Assembly (NCBI RefSeq): GCF_032444005.1
Contig: NC_091289.1
Location: forward strand, 13,702,001-13,766,000
Length of the DNA stretch: 64,000 nt
DNA from: Ranitomeya imitator
Lineage: Eukaryota
Direction of reading: 5' to 3'
In this document: positions 11,087-21,527 of the stretch, in pieces
How the letters are laid out: every line of letters starts with the position of its first letter
Numbering within the stretch: the first letter of the stretch is position 1
Position numbers and translations under genes: made by a program
The notes under the pieces: generated by a model
Databases searched by the model: none
The model's input: the letters and a program-made list of their open reading frames with translations, nothing else
What the model was told of the DNA's origin: nothing

Positions 11087-14000
11087 CAAACAGCAGGGGC
11101 TTCAGGCTCAGCGTCTTCATGTCGTACAGCTTGTTGTTGCCCAGTTCCATCTTCTGTTTGTAGCCGACCTGGAAGAGAAGAGCGATCAGTACGATCCTCC
11201 AGGTATCACACGTATTAGTCAGGACACGGCCAGAGGACTGTGCAATACTTGTCCTGTCCTGTGGTGGCGCTGCAGGAAAATGGAAAAATCATCATCAGCG
11301 GATCGCAGCAGTGTCAGATCGGAGGGGATCTGATCATAAGAACGGGGGTCCGTGCATAGATTATGCGCATGTGTGACCGTAACAGAAAGCCATGCATACG
11401 TATGACAGCTTCATTTACACAGGGGGACACAGGATCCCTGTTCTTGTTTTCATTGGGGCAGGGGGTCTCTATGGTCAGACCACCACTGATAATTCATATA
11501 TGACCTAGATACAAAGCCAAATAGAAGTAGGGCCAATTGGAGTTTGGTGGACACAAAGAATGGGGGAGGGAGACCTGAATGTATGGGTATGGGGGTCCTG
11601 ACCGGAGGGGGCTGTCACACACTGGGGTCACTGGAGGGTAAGACACATTCCTTCAAGAGAACTAGAATCTGTACAGAAATCTAACATCCAAGACGGGTCA
11701 GAGCAGAAAATCCCCTCCCCACCCTGGGGATGGACTAACACCGGGATTATGCTGCATGTGACAACTCAGTGCGTAGGGGGGGGGGGGGGGGCATTTAAAG
11801 GGCTTGTCCAACTTTTATTTTGCTGTTACTAATGGTAAATGCATGTATGGCTGGCTAGAAAATCATTTTTTAATTGTGTTTCAATTAAAAAAATTGTGCA
11901 ACGTTTGCCTTCTATATTTTCCATATTACATTGTCTTGTCTCTGGCTGCAGAATGAGTAAACTGAGAATCCGTCAGCAAGCTCGTTCTGACGGTCCAACG
12001 GGAGAATTTTTAACTCTTATCTGCATTTTCCGAGCTCCTCTCAGCTGATTTATGACCACATCAAAGTTGAATGTGCAGAGAAGCAAAAGAGCCTGGAAAA
12101 GCAAAACGTTGCAACATTCTTAATGAAACCAAAAATGATATTTAGTGCCAAATACATGCATTTAAAAAAAAAATAATTGTGGCCAGGAGTGGACTACATC
12201 CAACATCCCCCCCCCCACACACACACACACACAGACTTCTCTCTATCTATGACTCTGCTGGATATCATCTATTGTTCCCTGTTATCAGCCATTTCTGGGG
12301 CCGTAATAGTTGTCGGTGGAAAGTAGTCGATTCTAATTGTACAAAAGTTGGGCAAAATGTCCTATTTTTCCATCTAGAAAAGCCGAAAATATGGGATAGC
12401 GGAACTAGAAGGAGGCATCGCCAGCAACTCATTGCTTCAGTGCTTCAGGAAACGCTGATATATCTGGGAAGTTTTTGGAGGAGTTTTTGTTTCTCTACAG
12501 AGCTTTTTTTTTTTAAGATTTTTTTTCTCCCAGAAGCTTTCTTTGTAGCGTTGTGATTGTACAGTGCCTAATTTGGAGCAAGCGCCACTCCTAGGAAGGG
12601 GCATGCTTTTTTTTTTTTTTTCCCCCCCCAACCAAGCACTTTTTCAAAACCTCTTTATAAAACACAAAAAAACCTTCCTCCTATGAGAACCAAAGTGAAT
12701 TTCCCATAGATTTTTTTCACGAGGAAGACGCTTCAGGTCTCGCCAAGTTTTTTTTTCCTGAAGGGTCTTTTTTGGTGTCTTTTCGGTTGTTTTGACGACG
12801 TTGTGAGTCCCCAGTTTTTTTCAAAATCAACCAATTAGCCACTAAAAAAGTTCCAAAGACTGATAAACAGCAAGTTGGTCACATAAAAAGCATACGTTTT
12901 TAGTATTTTTTTTTTCTTTCAGGTGGGTTACACAGGAGATCTGCCTGACAAATAAGTCTTGTGCACAAACCCTAAAAGCAGTTTTTTGACAAAGTATTTG
13001 GAGCGGATCTACTCCCTGAAAACCTCCAGTGTGAACACAGCCTTTATACTTCTCACAGCCGATTACCTCCAGCTTGTATCCTAGATAATCCTCTGTGAGC
13101 TGAAAGCGTTAATCTGGATTTGATGAAGTGATGGCATAGCTCGATGATCGTGGAGGTCCGATGAGTGGGACCCTCACCAGCTCCAGGGGCAGCTGCACAT
13201 ACAAAAATAATGAAGGGGCTGCAGAGCTAAATCAATGCTTTAGTCCTTTAAAGGGACTCTGTCACCTGAATTTGGCGGGACTGGTTTTGGGTCATATGGG
13301 CGGAGTTTTCGGGTGTTTGATTCACCCTTTCCTTACCCGCTGGCTGCATGCTGGCTGCAATATTGGATTGAAGTTCATTCTCTGTCCTCCATAGTACACG
13401 CCTGCGCAAAGCAATCTTGCCTTGCGCAGGCGTGTACTATGGAGGACAGAGAATGAACTTCAATCCAATATTGCGGCCAGCATGCAGCCAGCGGGTAAGG
13501 AAAGGGTGAATCAAACACCCGAAAACTCCGCCCATATGACCCAAAACCAGTCCCGCCAAATTCAGGTGACAGGTTCCCTTTAAATTCTTGTGGTTTGTGG
13601 TCACACCCCTTTAAATGCCTGTAACTTCAAAGGGTATGTAATGTCTGCAAGTTCCTCTGCATTGCTGATGGACGCAGGAGCCGACCGCAGATTTTCATGG
13701 TGGATTTCCATTTGTGTGGCGAAATCCACAGCACGATCAGTGAATTGGGTCACACGCGGGTTTCATCCGTCTCTCATAGATAGCACTGCTGCCATAGATG
13801 TGGGGCGCCATCTTTTATACAACTGGGGTTGTCTCATCATGAAGGGGCTCCAGCCCAGGACCTCGCCATATGACCGAGAATGAGGATCCTCTCCCGTTCC
13901 AAAAACAACTCATACCAACCTCGTATTGCACGGACGTCCATTCATCCTATCAGCCGCCATGTAATACTACAGTCCCTCTGCAGAGGCGAGATTGCTTCAT

Positions 14001-15700
14001 TTCACTGACAGCAATCAGAGATGGCGACAATGCAGAGGCCTGAGCTCCAGGTAAATCTGCTGTATCGCCAGCATTGGGCGACTGAGGGGCTCGCTGGACC
14101 CCCGCACCGGTGTCCTCCAACCTACTATGGGGCCGCAGGGTTGCAGGACAGGAGTCCAAAGTTTTTGTATAAAGTCCAGACAAATTCAGACCGACAGTCT
14201 TTTTTGACCACAGGTAGGTCGGGGTCTCTGCTGCAATGCCGGGGGGCTGCAGTGCCAGCGGCAGGATCTGGTGCAGCGGATCAGTGCTCGGCCCTGTGTG
14301 TATGGAGCGTTCTCGGGAGCCTGCGCCACACAGCGTGGGGGCCACTGAGGGCCCCGTGTCGGCCATGATTCTACACAAGACCCAGCGACATTACAACAGA
14401 CCGAGAAACGGACAAATGATCGGAGGGACATTAAGAAGTCAACATAATGAAAGACAGAACAACAAAAATACGGGTATGTGCACACGTTCAGGTTTTTTCG
14501 CGATAAAACTGCATTAGAAACTGCAGACATATGCATCCTATCATTTAGAATGCATTCTGCAATATTTGAGCACATGATGCGTTTTTTTCCGCTAAAAAAA
14601 AACGCATTGCGGTAAAAAAAAAAAAAAAAAAGCAGCATGTTCATTAATTTTGCGGATTTTCTGCGTTTTTCCCGCTATTCTATGCATTTGGGAAAAAACG
14701 CACAAAACACGCACCATAAACGCATCAAAAACGCATGAAAAAAAACCCGCGAAAAAACGCATGCGGATTTCTGGCAGAAATGTCCGTGTTTTGTCAGGAA
14801 AATTTCTGCAAGAAATCCTGAACGTGTGCACACAGCCTTAAGGAGCACTAGAAGAAGTCGCCCCATCAGAAGAAAAGATTGTTTTGTAAGGTGAAAAAAC
14901 AAAAATGTATAGAAATGGCAGAATCACTGATTGTTGGTTATTTCACCTCCTAAATAAAAAGATGAAGTCGCCTGGACCCCAAAATGGTCCCAATACAAAC
15001 GGCCCCTCAGAGACATGGACCAAACAGTATAAAAGATGAGGAGGAAACCTGGGAAGTGGAGCCGGCTCCCATGTGGCAGCGGTGTGTGGCCCCCGGGCCA
15101 TTGTGCTCTCAGGGGCCCCCAGACCTGGGGGGGAAACACTCCAGCATCACTGGGGGTCGCAGCCTCGCCCATAGTGGGCGCATTCACCCAAATAAACACT
15201 AGCAGCCAATCAGATGGCTGCTATCATTTTTTTAGGCAGCCGCATGGAAAGAAAGCGGCGTTCTGATTGGTTGCTATGGGTAACCCATTCTCCTATGCGT
15301 TTCACTTTACAACCGCTGCTGCAAAAGTCACCTGACCTCCCCGAGCGCTGACAGCGGCGGTCACATGACCGTCACCCACCTTGATGCCCTCCAGCCGGGG
15401 CAGGTAGCTGTAGGGGCCGCCGCCGCCGCCGTCCTCATGCCGCAGGGGAGCTCTGTGCTCCGGGGCCGGGGTGGTCGGTGCCCCGGTGTCCTCTCCGCTC
15501 TGGCTGCCGTTGCTGTAGTAGACGTAGAGCAGCAGCGCGATGACATTCAGGATGTAGACGTGCACGAACACCATCACCACCACGAAGTAGGAGCGGGAGC
15601 ACACGCTGTTCCCCTTCTGGATGCCGGCGAGCCGGTCCCTGATCGGCGGCTCCTCGTCATCATGTGCTGGAGCGCTGCCCCCGATCCCGCCGGCCTCCAT
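11087..15700 (-). CDS. p4htm: Transmembrane prolyl 4-hydroxylase, partial: exon 1 CDS 15380-15700 and exon 2 11087-11168; downstream exons not found in the window
   Basis: Exon 1 encodes CSRSYFVVVMVFVHVYILNVIALLLYVYYSNG (TM helix) ... LPRLEGIK|GTGGGT. Exon 2 (82 nt, ttccag| ... |gtaag) encodes VGYKQKMELGNNKLYDMKTLSLKPLLF. Both match P4HTM, and the gene lies directly downstream of arih2 on the same strand, as in human. Confidence 0.9.
13252..13579. mobile_element. Near-perfect hairpin MITE with TTAA TSD
   Basis: TTAA|AGGGACTCTGTCACCTGAATTTGGCGGG ... CCCGCCAAATTCAGGTGACAGGTTCCCT|TTAA. The two arms of about 155 bp are almost exact reverse complements. Confidence 0.9.
14472..14837. mobile_element. 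PIF/Harbinger-type MITE
   Basis: Termini GGGTATGTGCACACGTTCAGG ... CCTGAACGTGTGCACACAGCC|TTA, with an interior of GCG/AAAA-rich subrepeats. Confidence 0.7.
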
Positions 15701-15759
15701 CCCGACCCGAGCCGGGGCCGCGCGTCACCCGGGCAACCGCGCGTGCTACCTGCTGGCGA

Positions 15760-15900
15760 CACCTGGGGGCGTGGCCGCTGACGTCACGGGAGGACCAGGA
15801 GGGTGGTTGCTAAGAGACAGCGGCTTCCTCCTGTGATTGACACGTTCTAATCCTCCCGCAGTACAGCGGCCCCGGCTCACTGCAGTCACGTGACTCATTT
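15760..15900 (-). promoter_or_regulatory. CpG-rich p4htm proximal promoter
   Basis: CpG-dense region upstream of the ATG at 15700. It contains a GC box GGGGCGTGGC (about 15766), a full CRE TGACGTCA (15779-15786), and a palindromic E-box GTCACGTGAC (15885-15894) overlapping an AP-1 site TGACTCA (15891-15897). Confidence 0.55.
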
Positions 15901-16261
15901 AAAGGGGCTGTCCACATTTTGAGACCTTTTTTTCTTCCTTGAATACATGTATTGTTGGCTAAATATCTTTTTTTTTGTAATTGGATTCCATTATACATTT
16001 TGCACCATTTCCTTCCTCCAGCCTCCACTTGCACTGTCTATTGATGGCTGCAGAAGGAGTAAACTGAGAACTTGTCAGTGAACATGTTCTGAAAGTCTGA
16101 TGGGGAGTTTAACCCTTTCATTAGTCTTCTTCTGCCTTACTCTCGGCTGGTTTACGTCCCACGACACAAAAGTTCTGCCAAAGTCTCAGTGCAATGTTTT
16201 TTTGTTTTTTTTTTTTATTGGAACCAATTGCAAAAATGATTTTTAGCCCCAAATACATGTA

Positions 16262-18132
16262 TAGGTGCTTTTCACAAAATTAGAATATCATCAAAAAGTG
16301 AAATTATTTCAGTTCTTCAATACAAAAAGTGAAACTCCCATATTATATAGTCATTACAGAGTGATCTATTTCATGTGTGTATTTCTGTTAATGTTGATGA
16401 TTATGGCTTACAGCCATTGAAAACCCAAAAGTCATTATCTCAGTAATTAGAATTAACAATAAACACCTGTAACGGCTCCTAAGTGTTTATAAAGGTCCCT
16501 TAGTCTGTTTCAGTAGCTCCACAATCATGGGGAAGACTCTGACTGACAGATGTCCAGAAGGCATCACTGTGATATAGAAGATGCTAAGCACAGCCTAAAT
16601 AGGGGAGGTGCACAGTCATAGGTGCCCAAACCTGAACGTATACGATATAAAGTGACCAGCACACTCCAGGGTGTTGTGATGCAGAAAAGTGGGGATTTAT
16701 TACATACAGTAAATCACAAACGCTTCGGTCGATACTGGACCTTCATCAGTGTGCTAGGTATAATTGTATGCTTGTATGGCCCCAAAAAACAATAGAATAC
16801 TCGGATTTGCATCAGCTGACGGTGAGTCAGAATAATAGGTGGCGCTGAGGCTTAAAAGAGCTGTCAGTATGCCGGGACACTAGGGATAAATGCGGTATCC
16901 ACCGCTAATAGAGTGTGTCACTGACACATAGAAGGCGTCACTGACACACTCCACAAGGAGGGGAAGCCACAAAAGGTCATTGCTGAAAAAGCCGGCTGTT
17001 CACACAGTGCTGTATCCAAGCAGATTAATGGAAAGTGGAAGGAAAAAGTGTGGTAGAGAAAGGTGCACAAGCAACCGGGATAACCGCAGCCTGGAAAGGA
17101 TTGTTAAGAAAAGGCCATTAAGAAATGTGGGGGAGATTCACAAGGAGCGGACTGCTGCTGGAGTCATTGCTTCACCACACACAGACGTCTCCAGGACATG
17201 GGCTACAAGTGTCACATTCCTTGTGTCCGGCCACTCATGACCAATGGACAACGCCAGAAGTATCTTACCTGGGCCAAGTAGAAAAGAACCGGACTGTTGT
17301 CAGTGGTCCAAGGTGTTATCAGATTAAAGTAAATTTTGCGTTTCATTTGGAAATCAAGGTCCCAGAGTCTGGAGGAAGAGTGGAGAGGACACAATCCAAG
17401 CTGCTGGAGGTCTGGTGTGAAGTCTCCACAATCAGTGATGGTTTGGGAGCCATGTCATCTGCTGGTGTAGGCCCACTGTGTTTTATTAAAAAAAAGTCAG
17501 TGCAACCGTCTACCAGGAAATGTTAGAGCACTTCATGCTTCCCACTGCCGACAAGCTTTATGGAGATGGAAATGTCATTCTCCAGCAGGACTTGGCCCCT
17601 GTCCACACTGCCAAAAGTACCAATACCTGGTGTAAAAACAACAGTATCACTGGGCTTGATTGGCAGCAAACTCGCCTGACCTTAACCCCATAGAGAATCT
17701 ATGGAGTATTGTCAGGAGGAAGATGAGACACCAGACCCAACAATGCAGACGAGCTGAAGGATGCTATCAAAGCAACCTGGGCTTCCATAACCCCTCAGCA
17801 GTGCCACAGACTGATCACCTCCATGCCACGCCGCATTGATGCAGTAATTGATGCACAAGGACCAAGTATTGAGTGCATTTACTGAACATACATTTCAGTA
17901 GAACATTTCAGATTGTAAAATCATTTTTCAAGCTGATGTTATAAAGTATTCTAATTTACTTAGATAATGACTTTTGGGTTTTCATTGGCTGTAAGCCATA
18001 ATCATCAACAGAAATAAACACGTGAAATAGATCAGTGTGTGTAATGACTCATTGTATAGAGTTTCACTTTTTGTATGGAACTGAAATAAATTAACTTTTT
18101 GATGATATTTCTAATTTTGTAAGAAGCACCTA
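16262..18132 (+). mobile_element. Decayed Tc1 transposon, interrupted by a 360-bp insert
   Basis: TIR remnants AGGTGCTTTTCACAAAATTAGAATATCATCAAAAAG / ...AGAAGCACCT. Frameshifted transposase with MGKT, QQDLAPVHTAK and [13 protein letters not shown] remnants. Confidence 0.9.
16570..16929 (-). mobile_element. Penelope-like retro-insert with a 14-bp TSD and a degenerate hammerhead motif
   Basis: Flanked by AGAAGGCATCACTG (16556-16569) and AGAAGGCGTCACTG (16930-16943). The minus strand reads CACA-CTGATGA-AGGTC-CAGTATC-GACC-GAAGCGTT-TGTG, followed by AATAAA. Confidence 0.55.
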
Positions 18133-19451
18133 TATTTAATGGCAAAAAAAAAAAAAGTCCCTTTTAAGCAATGGAAACATTTTGGGGTGTTAGTGTTTAA
18201 TTTGAGGGTTGTAATAAGCAATTTGGCAACTGTTTATTAAAATTGTCTGCCGTTCTTGAAATAGTAACTATTTTTTACAGCTCGTTGCTTTGGAGACCGA
18301 CCGCCGCTGCTAGACAGAATATGCACAATACTTACAACCTTTTATCTATTGAGCCATGTTGCAGCGTTGCGGATCGCTGGCGGGTGCCGTTATCGCCTCC
18401 GCACATGCTTACCAGCTCAGCAGCAGCGGTGGTCGGTTGCCACCGAAATGTAAGAGAATCACTAGTTTGGCCAAAGCAGCTCCATCGTGTCACTTTTGGA
18501 CTTTATTAAGACTCCAGAACGGCACAGATATAGGAACCCTGTGGGCTGTCACCCATCTTTCCCAGCTGACAGATGGGGAACGGCGCAGAAGCTGCATCTA
18601 AAAATATCTGCAATCTTGGACTTATCAAAACAGAGCGGCGGCGCCTTCATGAAGAATCGCATTCCCCTCGAGATAACGGCAGAGAGGAGCTGGTGTTTGT
18701 CAAATCCCACACAGTTCTCAGCTCGGCGGTGGCACGACCCTCTGGGTATTTATAGCAGCACATTCGGTGAGGTGTCGTCCGCCCCCTCCTAGTCCCAGCG
18801 CATTCTCATTTATCTAGGATGGGCACAGAGAGGCCGCTGGAGGAAATGGGCGCAGGCACCAAAGGGGCAGAGTCTGCGATAAACAGCAGAAAGGGGTCAT
18901 CTGCAGGAACCGTACTGCATAGAGGACGCACAGTCCATTACTCCAGCAACTGATAGACTGGAATCATCTTAATCCAGCAAATAGGGGCAGTATAAAAAAA
19001 ACATGGGAGGGTCGCTGTGGTGGTCCTCTAAGCCCCCATCAAGATGAAGAGACCAGCACTGGTCACATCCCATACTTTTCTTCAGTGCCTTCACTCGGAA
19101 TTTGCAAAATTATCTACAGATGACGCTTCCACAGAACAGTCCGGCCTCACAATCTAATCAGGCCCCTCTGGGTGTGACGGACATGCTCCATGCTGCCCCC
19201 ATCATCTCTCAGGCGAGGGAGATCTTGTGCATGCGCTTCATTCTCCGCTGCCAGCTGGGCAGGACACAGTGTCACTATTGTGCATGGACAACGCGCAGAT
19301 GAAGCACAGGGAGGAATCCGTGCAACACTTCGATTGTCGAGTGCAGACGTAGGCAGCTTGGGGAAAGCTAATCACTCCTGGGGAGCTGCGATAACAGAGT
19401 AGTGTGGAATTGATGACGGCCGGACTAATCAGATAATTTGCATATACTGAT

Positions 19452-20170
19452 AAAAGCAGGATGCACTCACAATCTTCAAAATAGCAACTTTATTAAAGGT
19501 ACCGTCACACTAGACGATATCGCTAGCGATCCGTGACGTTGCAGCGTCCTCGCTAGCGATATCGTCCAGTGTGACAGGCAGCAGCGATCAGGCCCCTGCT
19601 GTGCTGTCGCTGGTCGGGTGACGTCACCGCTCTGCTTTCCGGCCGCTGTGCTCACAGCCAGTACAGGAGGAGTGCAGAGCACAGCGCTGGAGGACAGACA
19701 GCGGTAGGTAAGTATGTAGTGTTTGTTTTTTTTTACTTTTAGGATGGTAACCAGGGTAAACATCGGGTTACTAAGCGCGGCCCTGCGCTTAGTTACCCGA
19801 TGTTTACCCTGGTTACCAGCATCGTTGGTCGCTGGAGAGCTGTCTGTGTGACAGCTCTCCAGCGACCAAACAGCGACGCTGCAGCGATCCGGATCGTTGT
19901 CGGTATCGCTGCAGCGTCGCTAAGTGTGACGGTACCTTTAGTCTTCACAAGTAAAACTTCATGGCCGGGGGAAGAGGAAAGGAGCTCGAGCGAGCAGGAG
20001 GAGACGACGGCCGTTTCGCGCGATCCTTGCGCTTCAACGGGTCTGCAGAAACGGCCGTCGTCTCCTCCTGCTTGCTCGAGCTCCATTCCTCTTTCCCCGG
20101 CCATGAAGTTTTACTTGTGAAGACTTAATAAAGTTGCTATTTTGAAGATTGGTGAGTGCATCCTGCTTTT
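19452..20170. repeat. Palindromic element (arms about 125 bp) whose left arm is split by a MITE
   Basis: AAAAGCAGGATGCACTCAC..ACTTTATTAA [MITE] GTCTTCACAAGTAAAACTTCATGGCCGGGG.. is the reverse complement of 20045-20170. Confidence 0.85.
19497..19937. mobile_element. Harbinger-type MITE (AGGTACC termini)
   Basis: TAA|AGGTACCGTCACAC ... GTGTGACGGTACCT|TTA. Same family as 30133-30919. Confidence 0.85.
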
Positions 20171-21527
20171 TTCTTCTGCTGCTTGGAACATAATCGCTAT
20201 TTCATGGTTTTGCACCCGTTATCTTTTTCGGTATGGCTATTTTGGATATGCTATTTACACCGGCTTCTCTGAAGATTATGGACTTCTTTGGGACAGTACC
20301 GTCCACATGCTATTTTTTCTCCCTTGTTCATATACTGATAAAAGTTGCTTTTGCAGATCATTCTAGACTACTGCAGTGCTGGAGTATGGCTCCAAGTTAT
20401 TACGAAATGACCTGCCAAGTTCCCTTTATTTGAAAGAAAAAACTGTAATGGAATACCCCTTTAAGGGCTGTATAAATCAGAGCAAGATCAGAGCTCTGTG
20501 CCTGGACTGGCCGGCGGCTCTCCGGACCATAGCGTCAAAGCTGCATAGAAATACATGGAGCGGTCTAGAGAGGCGCCGCCCAGTCCGTGCACTGAGGTCC
20601 GATCTTGCTCCATCATCTGACTGTGCCATAAGAGTGAATTCAGATATGGCAGATCTTCTGCACTTTTTCTGACTATCCCATTTTGCAGTAATCTGTCCAC
20701 CGACCAGGAGAACGGAGCCAATTTGTTTCAGATATATCCCCTAATACTTCTCACAGCTGAGCATTTGCTTCAATGAAAACAGTTCAGTTTCAGCTACCTG
20801 CGCTGATACATTGCAGCAGAAAGACATGCGCTGTCATGTCCGTGTAGTATCATTCCTAAGAAAGGACAGTCAATAAAGGAGCCTCATCATCCGAGACCCC
20901 CCGATTATTTTGCTTACATCCGGGCTGCAAAGGAAAGTTAAAGAAGAAAAAAAAAAAAATCTGCACGTTAAATGTTTTTAAAAAGTGTTTTTTTTTTTTT
21001 TGTAATTCTATTTTTTCTGTATAATTGTACAACAGTTCAAAATGACAGTTTGCATAATAATCTAATTCTATTAACAGCCATTCAAAAAATTGAACTACTT
21101 TTCCAACACTTGCCATCCGGAACAAAAAAGGAAAAAAAAAAAAAGAAAAAAGATCAACCCTTTCACTGCCCAAACAATTCTCTGCAGGATGGTGGAGCGC
21201 TGGAAGGGTTAAACAACAAGGAAAAAGGAAGGAAGGGGGAAAAGAAAAAAAAAAAAGAAGAAAAAAAAAAACATGGAAAAGAGCAAAGTCTGGAACGGTC
21301 GGCCTCTTACGGCATCTACTAGGGTAAAGGAAGGCGCCTGGGGCTGTTAAGAAAAACGTGTAAGAGGAGGAAAAAATACAAACGGACAACGTTCCAAAAT
21401 TAACGAGCGGGGTAAGAAAAGTGGATTCTCGGATTTTCGTCACATTCCTCAGAGCTACTGGGTTTCTTTGCAGAATCGGTTCCTCCACAACATGCGCTCG
21501 CTGCTCCCAGGCACTACGCTCCAGCCT

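Noticed and set aside
11776-11791. G16 homopolymer
   Set aside because: An isolated run next to a MITE end, with no further structure.
15270-15284. Near-perfect RFX X-box GTTGCTATGGGTAAC in p4htm intron 1
   Set aside because: It sits in CTGATTGGTTGCTATGGG, which I recognise as a common motif of dispersed frog repeats, so function cannot be inferred.
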